Source: Perkinsela sp. CCAP 1560/9
Lineage: Eukaryota; Protista; Euglenozoa: Kinetoplastea
Assembly: GCA_965644495.1 (NCBI GenBank)
Contig: CBFFSA010000002.1
Coordinates: 1,116,001 to 1,180,000 of the forward strand
Length of the DNA stretch: 64,000 nt
Reading direction: 5' to 3'
Shown: piece by piece, positions 18,125 through 29,200 of the stretch
How the letters are laid out: each line of letters begins with the position of its first letter
How positions within the stretch are numbered: the first letter of the stretch is position 1
Notes under the pieces: model-generated
Databases searched by the model: none
Told to the model about the DNA's origin: nothing
What the model saw: only the letters and a program-made list of their open reading frames with translations
Position numbers and translations under genes: made by a program

Positions 18125-21100
18125 CTAGATCCAAAGTTTTTCGGGGAGACTGTGTGCACTCTCGTCGACATTCCGAAGCCATGTTCTTAGTCTGACATCC
18201 AGATTTTTGAAAAGTTCTTTCGCTTGCTGTGCTCCTGGTGCTATGGTCATTCCAAGAAAAGTGCTTCCACGGTCACATATATGTGGTATCGCTTTGCCTT
18301 CGATATTGAGTCTCGGCTTCCTGGTCATGTAACCCGGGTGCTCACTGCCTTCACGCATGGACATGCACTGTGTACGGCTCTTGTCTACGTTGATTGAGAG
18401 TCCTATTCGTCTCAGTGCAGTTTCGAGTGTGTTGGTCGCGTGCTGCATGTCGGTATCGCTGCTAGTCAGTATCGTCAGGTCGTCAACGTGGGCTTTCAGG
18501 AAATGCCTTGGAGTATCTGGGTAGTCAAGGCCATACCGGGGGCACGATTGCTTGAGGTATCGTAGTACAGTTTCCATCACTAAGTTGAAAATTATGGGCG
18601 ACAGGGTATCACCTTGTAGTACGCCTCTGTGTATCGGTATAGCACGTGACAAACCTTCGACACACTTAATACGCATTTCCGCATGTGAATACATGCTTTC
18701 AACGTAGGACACGATTTGTGGCGAGACGTTTGCCCATCGCAGTGCCTCGAAGATGATGTTATGGGGGACCGAGCCGAATGCATTGCTGAGATCAAACTGC
18801 GTGAGACAATATTGCCTTTTGTTTCGGCGGTAGTATTGTAGTATTTCGGAGAGAGCTTGCGTGTGTTCCAGTGTGCCACTCATCTTCGGAAGAAAGCCTT
18901 TTTGAACGCTTGTATCTAGGAGGCCGGAGGACACGGTATGCGTCAAAATTTGGTGTCCGATCATGCTATTGAAAAGTTTGCCTAGAGCGCTAGTCAGGGA
19001 GATAGGCCTCCAGTTTTTCGGGATGTGTTTTTGGCCTCTTTTGTGAATGAGTTTAACTACGGCGGAGGACCAGCATGGCGGGCAGACGCCGTAGCGCAGA
19101 AGATCATTAAACGTGTTCGCTATACGGGGGTACAGGTATTTGCATTGTTTTAGAAGTGCGTTTGTAATCGTATCACGCCCTGGCGCGCTTGCGCTTCTTT
19201 TGCTGCTGAGCGCGTCTGCGACATCTTGCGCGGTCAGTGGAGACCATTCCATTTCGTTGATGGGTAGAGGACCAAGTACGTTGTTCGGCGGCAGGCGATG
19301 CTCTTCGGCGGGAGGTGCTGTGCTTTCTGTGAAATATTTTTCTATCGTAGGTAAATCGCATTCAGGATATTCGGCGGTGGCGGAGGTCGAGGGGCGGTCC
19401 AAGGCCTCGGATGCTGCTGTCCACGGGTTCCGCGTGAATCTGCTATGGGCCCATTGTCTTTCTAGCTGTTTCCTATGTGCTTTGGCCTCTTCTGTGTATG
19501 TTTTCTCTAGCTTCTCACTTTCCTTAATGCAGCGACGGAGCTCTTGGCGTTCCGTTCCGTGTGTGTAGCGTAGTGATTTCTTTTGGTTGCGTATGTGTTT
19601 CGTCATTTCGTGGGCTGCATTTTCAGACGAAAGTGTCCGGTGCTTGAATCGGGCGTGTCCGCGTTTCGATCGCGTGAGGAAACCTTTAGTGGGGTTAATC
19701 TCTTGTGCAATTTCGTATGCCGCCACTGCCAGAGAGGCACCCAGGAGTTCTGCGTTTTTCACTGCGATTTCCGGGGTGTCTACTATTGGATATTGCAGCC
19801 TTCGGCATGCATCGTATGCCTTGTTTTCAACCGCCTTCCATTGATCGTCGTTAAGCTTTAGGCACATTTTTCCTCCTGTTATGGTTTTGTGTTGTTCAAG
19901 CAGATGGAGGCGCTCCCTTTCGCTGGTTTCATCCCATGATGGAACTCGAAGTTCCGTAGTGTGCGAAGGAGGAGGAAGAGGAGAAGGTCGGATGAGGGGC
20001 TCATTGTACCTAAGCGGTCCATATATCTTACAGCATTTATGTAGACAGCGTAGCTTGGCCGAGTATCGGTGACGACATGGTTCCATGTGTACGGTGTTCT
20101 GTGGGTAATGCGCTGCACTGCTAGGCGTCGCGTCAGGGAGTGGCGCAGGGTTGTGCATAGTGCTATCTTTGTTGTCAGTGCACGTCGCATCCGTGATTTG
20201 CACAGTATGTTGGTTCCCGTTTGTTGGTCCGTTGATGCTAGTATTGGGAAGGCGGTAGAGGTTTATAACGTTACGCATGGCCCAACCAGCCAATTTAGCA
20301 GCTTTCCGTAGGAAATCACTATCGTTGTCGTTGAGGTTTGGTGTTACGGAGTTCTGGTTGACGTCGGCCCCCTCTGTTTGGGTTCCCTCGGCAGGTGGGA
20401 CCATTTGGACACCAGGTGGAGGTTGTGTTGCCGGGTTTAACCCGCGTTCTAAAGTTGTGTGAGCGCCCTCCCGTGATATTGCGTTGCATAGCTTCGTTTG
20501 TAGATTTTCATTTGTGGAAGTCGCGGAAATTGGAAAGTCCAGATGCGAAGATTTAATGCCTCGTTTACAACATAGATGTCCGCACGTAGCTTTGTTCTTG
20601 CAGGAATGACGACATGGATGCGGGGCGGAAGGTTCATCATGTACGGTAGGTTTGCGGTGACCGTTCGACGCATGTGTGTTGCATTTTGTATGTGTCGCAG
20701 GTTCCGAAGAGGTGCTTTCCGGCGTATATTTACTTGGATCTCCTGGGTTGGTGTTATTTGCGGTTCCTTCTGGGACGATCTCAGGTGGCAGTGCTCCTTC
20801 TGATGAGCAATATGTAGCGTCCTCACTCGGCAGCGGTCCATAGATTTTACAGCACTTGTGAGCACAGGAGAGTTTGCTCAAGCAGCGGTGCTTGCATGGT
20901 CCCTTGTGTTGATCAGTTTTACCCTTCTGGGGCTTTGGCGTTCGTGGGGGAGCGATTTTATGAGGAGATTCTTCTATCCTGCGCGGCTTCTCGTATTCCG
21001 CGGTTTCAGTGCTTGGTGTTTCCTGGTTTCTTATGAGCTCGATTTTTATGTGCTTCAGTCCCGATATTTCTCTTCCCTGTATGGCCTTCAGGGCTGCCTT

Positions 21101-21550
21101 ATTTAGCGTGCTTGGGGTGGAATACTTGTCTCGCAGGCTGAGGGCAGGGTCGGTGTGCATCGAGACCCAGTTTGGGTGCAGGGAGATGGTGTAGGGGTGT
21201 TCATTCCTCGTAACCTTTATATAGTCGCACGCGTTATGCTCCACGAGCTCCTCAAAGGTGGTGTGTTCAGCTACGAGATCGTGTGCTGATGCACACTTAC
21301 TCAGCAGTTTCGTGATAGCTACTTCCGCACCTTGTCGGGATGGAATTCTTTGTCTGACTATGGACCATTGGCTCGCGGTCTTAATGTCCGGGAAATACGT
21401 CCAATGCAGATCAGTGAGGCGTCGTATCTTAACGGGCCGTGATCTGCTGTGGACGAAGTGCAGGGTTTGCGTCTGTACGCCGCCGGAAGCTCGAGGGAGG
21501 TCAGGCAGCGCATCGTCAACATTCCGCGGAGAAGTGGGATTGTCGGACAT
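18125..21550 (-). mobile_element. HERO-like RLE non-LTR retrotransposon, family 1: 5'-complete, 3'-truncated ORF (1141 aa from ATG) with three Cys/His motifs and RT
   Basis: RT motifs SAPGRD, WRPISL, DTSVQKGF...EH, DLSNAFGSVPH, GVLQGDTLSP and HVDD (YVDD in the sister copy). The ORF stops after EKLWI, where the sister copy continues. Confidence 0.92.
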
Positions 21551-21577
21551 GTTGGAGATACAGTTTAGAAAAAAAAA

Positions 21578-21636
21578 CAACAAGGTACAGAAACTGTATC
21601 TTTATACAGTGAAAGAAACTGTATCTTTATACAGTG
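21578..21636 (-). other. SL exon copies fused to the retrotransposon 5' end (nt 6-27 followed by nt 2-39, sharing one C)
   Basis: The minus strand reads CACTGTATAAAGATACAGTTTC-TTTCACTGTATAAAGATACAGTTTCTGTACCTTGTTG, then a T tract and CTAAACTGTATCTCCAAC-ATG. No GTA intron follows the exon. Confidence 0.9.
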
Positions 21637-22245
21637 CTCCAGCCGCAAAGGAAGCTTGGAAAAGTTCAACTCCCCCGAGAAACGATTCCTCTGCAGATAG
21701 AGGTGGACCAAACCCTGCGGCAGAGAATCCAACGTGATCATCCCGAAGAGGCGGTTCTCGGACAAATTCAACATTCTCAGTGCAGGGGGAAGTTGACTCA
21801 AGTCGGTGGGACCGGTGAATTGGTTTCCCGGGATGTTAAGACGCACCAGCGCCGGGGGAAGGCTCGCGAGCTTGACCTCTTCTTGAAAAAGATTATCACA
21901 CAGCACCACCTCCTCCAGGGAGACGGGAAGCGTGTCCCAGGGAATGCCCCCTGTGAGAAATGTTTTTGTGAGGTAGAGCATTTGCGTGGTTGCGGGAAGC
22001 GCCCTGAACTCCAAGTATCCTCTGTAAAAGTCGCGCAGGACAACCGCGCGCAGCCTTCCCTGGGGGTCACATCGAAACCCCTCCCAGGTACACTCCGAGA
22101 CGGGCTCACGCCCACACCATGTGAAACGTAAGAGCACCCAGCTCGAGTGGGGGTTCTCAACGCGATGTACGAGACGCTCCATTTGCTCGTCCTGAGGAAG
22201 CAGCGCTGCACTGACCTTTCCGCGACGAACGTGGACATCGTCCAC
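21637..22245 (-). pseudogene. LRR gene truncated by the SL/retrotransposon insertion
   Basis: RRGKVSAALLPQDEQMERL, a CTWEGFRC cap and 5-6 LRRs ending LPLRLE at the SL junction. Confidence 0.8.
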
Positions 22246-23042
22246 AGTAGGAGAGGAGAGGGAAGGGAAGGGTAGAAAGGAGGAACAAGGGCATGTAAAA
22301 TATACGGGGAATGAATTGAATAAAAGAAAAAAGAAAGAAAATAAGTAAATAATGGAGGCAGTACTTATCGAGTTTAGGGATGCAGGGAAAGGTATCTCAG
22401 AAAGTTTGTTGTGTCAAAGAAGAGTAATAGAACCGATAAAAGAAAATGGACTAATAATTTATCATTCGTAATCTAATGGAAGTAGCATAAAAAATCAAAG
22501 AGATAAACCACATCAGAAAGAAAAATTTGAATTTTGTATGTATCCTTTTAAATATCCACTTCTAAATGAAAGTCCATAGGGAAGCAAGAGTACAACAACA
22601 AAAACAAAGAAAGTATTTTACTTTTTTCACTTTTCTTCCGCGTAGTTTCATGCTTTTCGTTGGTATAGCGGTGCCTAATCAATATTTACTACATGATCTT
22701 CAACTCAACACTTTATAAATTATTTATAATTCAGAATACTCTTTGTAAAATTTTATGACGTCAAAGTTCCTTGCGTCAAACAGATAAATAAATAAAAATG
22801 TTTGTCACGTCACGAACATTCGTTTTCTTTAGCTCAGGTATGTGCAAGGTACGTTTTTTCAATTACAACATCGCCAATCTTTATGCAACATATCGTTTAG
22901 CAAGACCACTGTATAAAGAACAATGCCTATAGGTACATTCAATTCATAAACACACTTTTTTAATCATTTTTCAGGAATTCATTTTAGCAAGGTTTCTGCC
23001 TCAAGCAGGATAGAAGAACAGTCTGTAGGCTCTGAAATAATA

Positions 23043-24104
23043 TTACTTAAATCCGCAATTCGCAATGATGGCCTTGATTTCATGTTTCACAACCGGCTTT
23101 AGACGCCAAAGACGCTTGAAATCAGTTTCATTTAAAAATCCTGTAGCAAGTCGTAATGAATGTCCGAGGTACTGGAGGGCCACTAGCTCGTTGATGGAAA
23201 ACATCGCACTAATGGGTTCCGCAAGTAAGCCAATGTAAGACGAATGTGGATATGCTTCATGGAGAGACTTAACACACGCTTGAGCAGAAGAAACTTCGTT
23301 TTCCAGCGTAGGACCCAAAGCAGTGACTTTGCCATCCAAGAATGTCAGAGCCACGGAGACGTTTTGTAGTTCGCAATTTCGAGCCCAGCGAAACAGGAAG
23401 GACAGATAACCGTTCGCTCCAGTCCAAAATGGATCGGCATGCGGCAAAGAACCGTATCTGACCAATGTTGCTCCAATTCTATTATACACCACGTTCAGAA
23501 GCGGAGAAAGGGGTTGTAAGTGTAAATATTTCGGATGGGAGTCAAGACCGTATTGTTTCTTCATCAAGGATGTCACAACAATTTGTTGACGAGCGAGAAA
23601 TTCATTGTCAGTTCGCACACACAGATCACTGGCAATCGTTAAAATGGAGCTCGCAACCATGTTGATCAAGTCGCTGGAAAAAGTTAGAGTCTTGCTTTTC
23701 TGTACTTTCGTAAACACCGCAGTGCAGCACATACTTTTGTGGAAAGAACACATTGCATTCAAAGGTAACTCACCGCAAATCACGCACAGCATGTTACAAA
23801 CACAGTAAGAAATATCCACCTTCTTCCCAGCGGCTACCATGAGGCGTCCAATCGACCAAATCGTGTGTTTGCCTACTGGAATGAGAAACTTCCATGGCGG
23901 TTGCTTCACACCCATTTCAGAAACAAGTTCTGAGGTCGGAGGAATGACTCCAAGTGGGATTTGTTGCAAATCTTCTTGAAGATCCATTACATGGGTTTTG
24001 TTGGATAGCGCTTCCTTGTGATTGGTTGCTCCAATGCCTTGTGATTGGTTGCTTTCGTGCTTCAGGGAGCATTCCTTTGAAAAGACTTGAGGGTCAAGAG
24101 CCAT
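23043..24104 (-). CDS. Hypothetical protein (about 353 aa) with a Cys/His cluster
   Basis: Long ORF on the coding strand with first plausible ATG MALDPQ. It contains CVCNMLCVIC...CSFH...CC. No family was recognised. Confidence 0.6.
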   Translation of the reverse strand: MALDPQVFSKECSLKHESNQSQGIGATNHKEALSNKTHVMDLQEDLQQIPLGVIPPTSELVSEMGVKQPPWKFLIPVGKHTIWSIGRLMVAAGKKVDISYCVCNMLCVICGELPLNAMCSFHKSMCCTAVFTKVQKSKTLTFSSDLINMVASSILTIASDLCVRTDNEFLARQQIVVTSLMKKQYGLDSHPKYLHLQPLSPLLNVVYNRIGATLVRYGSLPHADPFWTGANGYLSFLFRWARNCELQNVSVALTFLDGKVTALGPTLENEVSSAQACVKSLHEAYPHSSYIGLLAEPISAMFSINELVALQYLGHSLRLATGFLNETDFKRLWRLKPVVKHEIKAIIANCGFK

Positions 24105-24321
24105 GTACCTGTGCTGTGAAAAAAAGAAATAGATCTGCAGTACAAAGATGAGTGACACAAGCAAGGACGAGGCAAGGATGAGATAAATATGAGTGATAGA
24201 ATACAGCAAGGTATACAAGTTGTAGTTTTTCAACCTCGTTACCTTCAAGTTGTAGTTTTTCAACCTCGCTAAAATTTAGTCAATAAGCGACAAGCAAATT
24301 ACAAAACCGAGTCTTTCTGCA

Positions 24322-25053
24322 CTATACCATAACTCCTAGCCTTAAAAGCTCTTTGTACTTAGGGGAAAGGGCAAGTCTCTCGTCTCTATACATACGAATA
24401 TCACCATTGCGTACAGTAATATTCGTTTCCTCGAAATCATAGTACCGAATGACCTTTGGAAGTTGTAAGATATCGATCTCACCACAAAGACCAGGATTAT
24501 GACAAAGCGTGATGGTTTCCAGAGTGCAAGGTAAATTTCCAAACGTCACTCCGCCACTGAACTTATTGACCGCAAGATACAACACTCGCATTTCGCAAGG
24601 TAAATTTCCAAATTGAGGTGTTCCAGAAAATCTGTTATGATTAATAACAAGGTCACGCATTGGAGGTGGTAGATTGTCGAACTCCACTTCTCCGATTAAA
24701 TTATTCTGATTTAATACAAGAGAAACTACAGTACTGGGCAAGAATTCCTACTGCAAAAATCCTGAAAGACGAACAATATTTTTATAGGAGGATAAATAAT
24801 CTCCGGAAAAATCAACGCGCATAATTTCGCCATGTTCACCACATGCCACGCCTTGCCATGTGCAAACTGACACACTCTTGACACGCCCAAATATACTCTT
24901 CTTAGTTGCTCTCCACGACTTGGGCCTTTGCGTCAAATGTGCCTTTGCGATAAAGCGTTCCAACATGTCCATTTGTGGTAATAACATGGATGAAACCTTC
25001 CCACGACGAAAGTCAGAATCGACATCCGCTGTGTTCGAAACAATCATCTCCAC
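24322..25053 (-). pseudogene. LRR gene with an internal nonsense codon (TAG at 24748-24750)
   Basis: The two track ORFs are in frame: SGFLQ*EFLP, where paralogues have LQWEYIP or LNWEYLP. Confidence 0.8.
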
Positions 25054-25415
25054 CCTTCCCTAGAAAAAATCAGTGAATCTAAAGAGAAAAATAATGAGCA
25101 ACACATTACTATTATACAGTAGTAGAGCGATACAGCATTATATTGCGTTTAGTACAAGAAAAACATAAAAAGAGATATTCCAACTTACAAGAGCTTTGAA
25201 AACTTCGTGAAACCTTGCTGACTTCACCTTGGAGATTTCATTGGCCTTCAAGGTGAGAGATTTTTCCTCAATTCATGTGAAGGTGCTGCTGATTCAACGA
25301 TAGTGATGTCCGATTATGCCGGGTCTGTATAAAGAGATAATAGATTGTCGAAAGAAGCAGTTATACGATATAAAGCACCACATTAACCAATTCGGCGGTC
25401 CTTGCCGTTTCAACA

Positions 25416-26051
25416 TTAATCGGAATAAAGGTATTTTATGACTATGGCTTCGGTAGACCACAGTTCCCTCATACGTTTCCTATTCCAAGTCACTATCTTT
25501 GTTCCTCCCACGTTGTACGTCGTTCGCTTTGGAATCACGCCTTCTTCCAACGTTCCCCCCAATTCAGCATTATTCTGCAGCCAAAGTATACGCAGTGAGT
25601 CAGGCATCTTACTAAAGTCCAACACCCCGTGAAACAAGTTATTCGAAAGTCCTAAGACATCCAGATTCTGAGGAAGACTTGTTAAATCAGGGGTTCCAGT
25701 GAGCTCATTATCATTCACAAAGAGAGACTCAAGCTGGGACGGAAGGTTACCGATTTCCAATTCTCCGGTGAGTTTACTGTAAGTAACACTGAAATGCGTA
25801 AGAGACCTGGGTAAGTACTCCCAGTTCAGTGACCCACGTAACCCCAGAAACTCCCAGCGAATCGTTTCAAGCAGACCATCATCATTGCAACGCAGCCCTT
25901 TACGCTGACAAAGTGGCATAGTTGAGTCCCAGGAGTAATGCGGATTCTTCACGTTTTGAATAAGGTTTGCAAGTTCGTACTCTTGGGGAACATTACCCCG
26001 GACTTTTCCAGCCCGAGAAGCGGCACTGAAGTTGCTCGCTTCTGATGACAT
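25416..26051 (-). CDS. Leucine-rich repeat protein
   Basis: MSSEAS...RAGKVRGNVPQEYELANLI followed by LRRs. The upstream part of the track ORF overlaps the SCC2 3' end and is spurious. Confidence 0.85.
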   Translation of the reverse strand: MSSEASNFSAASRAGKVRGNVPQEYELANLIQNVKNPHYSWDSTMPLCQRKGLRCNDDGLLETIRWEFLGLRGSLNWEYLPRSLTHFSVTYSKLTGELEIGNLPSQLESLFVNDNELTGTPDLTSLPQNLDVLGLSNNLFHGVLDFSKMPDSLRILWLQNNAELGGTLEEGVIPKRTTYNVGGTKIVTWNRKRMRELWSTEAIVIKYLYSD

Positions 26052-26298
26052 ACAAAACTGAAGTTTAGTTGAATATGCAAGAAGACGTAAAAATAAGAAA
26101 CTATACGACATTCTTTTTTCATTCAATGCAGAACAAGCAACTTCAATATTATTGCTGCCAAGTCTAAAGCACCGACTACATTTGACGAAGGCGTTAAAGA
26201 AGCCAATGAACTTTCGGTATACTCCTCCTTCCCGTAATACATGTACATGTGGTTGGCTTGACATACCAAACTCTTGGATCATCCAGCCTCCGGAGGAA

Positions 26299-29200
26299 TT
26301 AGCAATCCTCGGAAGAATCAGAATCCAAAAAAGAAATTGATTCACTAGCACTTGAAGTATCAGTGCTTTCGATTTCCTTTTTTTGATTGTTCCCAATTCT
26401 TCTGTTTTGGACACTCCGTTTCCTGTTTGGTATACTTCTGTGATTACGTTGATTCCTTTGCTCCGGACTCATCCCTTCATGTTCTGAATTCGCTTCGGGA
26501 GAGACGTACGATGTCGAGAAAGCGATCGTAATGTCTTTTTCTAGTGCTGATTGGAGAAGAGGAACGAATGCCTGACGTATATCGTCCAAACAAATACTTG
26601 TTTGCTCGCGAAGCAAACCATCACTGGTCAGTCCAGATTCAATACGTTTCTCTAGCCGATTCCCCACCCTAAAAGTGTTAGTAATAGACGTTCGAATCAC
26701 TTCTTGAATGGCTTTCATTTCTTGTAAGAATACAGAAACCGGAGACCTTGGCGGAATTCCCGGATCTCGGACACACAACGCTACTCGAGGCGTGCCTTGA
26801 CCGTTGGCATACTTACTCAATTTGTGCGCCGTAAACCTGTACTCCTTACGAAGAAATCTTTTCATGGACAACAGAAGTAATGCGGTAACGGAATGACGCA
26901 CCTGTTCCATCGCAAGTTGCAACTCATCCCCGTCAGGTTCGGAATCCGAAACGCTCCCGCGAGAACGTTTCCCTCTTAGCGCGGGTTTCCTCCCTGTCTT
27001 CCTCTTCTTCGGTACCTGAAGCTGCACTTGAAGATCCTCCGGATCCAGCAGCGTAACCTCCGAGGTGCAGCACTCCAACACAAACATCACCTCCTCCTCC
27101 ACGCGGTACGGAAGAAACGCAAGGGTTTGTGTCACCACACTCTGGGCGCGTGCAAATTCCAAAACCTCTTCCATCCCCATTTCCTTCCTCTCTTTACCCG
27201 AAAACAGAACCCCGAGCATTTTTTCACCCCCAAGGCCATGAACCACCGACCGCAGAAACCCCTCCCGTCGTCTCTGTCCTTTCCGCAACGCCCCATACAG
27301 CGCCGCGTGTCGACTCCTGGGCGCCACCCTCTCCCCGCTGCTGCCCTCCTCATACATGCAATACCCCGTAACCTCTGCCCTTTCGCTGCCGTCGACCCCC
27401 CCCTGTCCCTCCTGGCTGTGCCTCCAGTACCCATATGAGGCCAGCACGACCCCCGGGGCCTGGGAGACCACACTCGCGGCATCGTTCTCCCAGAGCCCCT
27501 GCCAGGCCCTCACGGCCTCAGCGCTTTCGCTGCCGGCGAGCAGCAGTGGGGGAAGGAACCAGTGCGGGGCGACGACGGACTGGCGCAGCACGGTGAGGAG
27601 GAGACGAAGGGCTAAGGCCCGAAGAGGGGAGGGGGAGAGGGGGGAGACGCAGAGGGCCACGATCTCGGGATGGAACCGCTGGATGAGCCAGAGGGTCATG
27701 CCGCTGGAGCGGTCGGGTTGGGAGGAGCGGCGGGGGAGGGGGGATTCGGGGGGGTTGGGGCTCAGGGGGGGTAGGAAGGGGGTTGTGGCGGTTCGAGAGG
27801 TTTGGGTTTTAGGGTTGTGCGTTTCTTTTGGGGTTTGTGGGGAAGAGGGTATTTTTTGTGGGTTGTTCGTTTGGTTTATTTTTTGGTTTTGGTTTTGTTG
27901 TTGTTTTTCACGATCGCGTCGAATTTCGTTTCGTACCGCGGCTTCGATACATTTTTCTTCCTCGATTAAAAAGTCATGGATAAACCATAGGGCTTGACGT
28001 TGGAGTGCGGTGCGTTCCTCAGGGGAGAGGGTTTCGTGGGTGGATTCCAGCGAGAGGGATTGCCGTAAGACGGTTTCACATAAGGGGAGGTAGTCCACGG
28101 GTCGTGCAATGCACAACGACCCGAAGGCGCGTAATAACACCGGCAGGAGTTTTCCTTTAGCGTTATTTTCGTTTGCCTCGACGTGTGACATCAGCGTACG
28201 AAACAGGGTGTAGAGATTGTGGTAAATCCCCGCTCCTCGACAAAGAGACGCGTTGTCCGAATCTCTTGAGAGGAGACTCGGCTTAAGAGACGAAAAACAG
28301 GGAGGAAACCGGCGCAGAAATTGAGAGAGAATGAATAAAAACCGAAGGACAAACGCAACGTTGTGATCCGTGCCATCAGGTAGAGAATTTGACCCCGTGC
28401 TTTTATGGTTTGTGCTCTGTACGCTCGCCTGCGTCCATTTTTGAGACACCGTACTTAGCCGAACGTAGTATTGATTGTATATCCCATACACCGCCTGTAG
28501 AGCAGGCAAGTACCCTTTTTCAAGCCTCTCTGCCATTGTAGAGGAATCGACCGAGGCGTAGAGCGTCTCCGAGGGCAGTAACCCACAGAGTGTGTCAATA
28601 CACTGGATTAACACACGTTGGGGAAAATCACCAACGTGTCGGGAGAGTACTCGAGAGAGTGGGTTGTAGACTAGAGTAGAGAGACTCTCCCAACGGTTAA
28701 GAGAGGCGTGATTTTGCAGAGATGATTTTGTGGAGTCTAAACGACGCACTTTAAGAGAAGTAATCACCGCTTTTACAGCCCCACAGGTGTGAATAAACAC
28801 CACCACCTCGTCGGTGCTTGGACGAGAAGCTTGTGGGGAAGTTGCACTGTTTTTTTCTGTACAGGAAAGGTAGCTGCAGAGCGAGGAGAAGTGAGCCGGT
28901 TTAAGGGCGTGCGGAACCAGAGTAAGCAGGAGATGGAGAGAGGCCATGAGACTTCCTTTGGGGCAGGTGCTCGGGAGGAGGTTTGGGTGGGAAGTCATTG
29001 TAGGGGTAGGGTTGTGGAGATCGCGAAGAAGCGCTAGGAGTCGAGTCACAAGTTGCTGTACATGGTGCTCTCGAGATTGTCGGACTGTTGCACTTTTGGC
29101 TTGAGTACGTGTATTCTGTTTGTTAGTTGATGTGTCTTTGTCTTCGGAAGTGTAGTTTGAAACCAGAGAGGTCTCAGACTCCTCACCAAGAATGCATGCG

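Noticed and set aside
21551-21577. HDV-like ribozyme at the retrotransposon 5' end, as in L1Tc or R2
   Set aside because: Only 27 nt separate the SL from the ATG, which is too short. Trans-splicing is the simpler way to define the 5' end.
22907-22919. 13-nt match to SL nt 6-18 (CACTGTATAAAGA)
   Set aside because: It is short, AT-rich and antisense to the genes, with no flanking SL context, so it could be chance.
24748-24750. TAG at conserved Trp positions (also 6265), suggesting stop-codon reassignment
   Set aside because: Very long genes (SCC2, MATH protein, SMC2) contain no in-frame TAG, and SMC2 ends at TAG at its expected terminus. Simple TGG-to-TAG nonsense mutations explain it.
25416-26414. 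332-aa track ORF as an N-terminally extended LRR protein
   Set aside because: The extension overlaps the SCC2 3' end and intergenic DNA, and family homology begins at the ATG at 26051.
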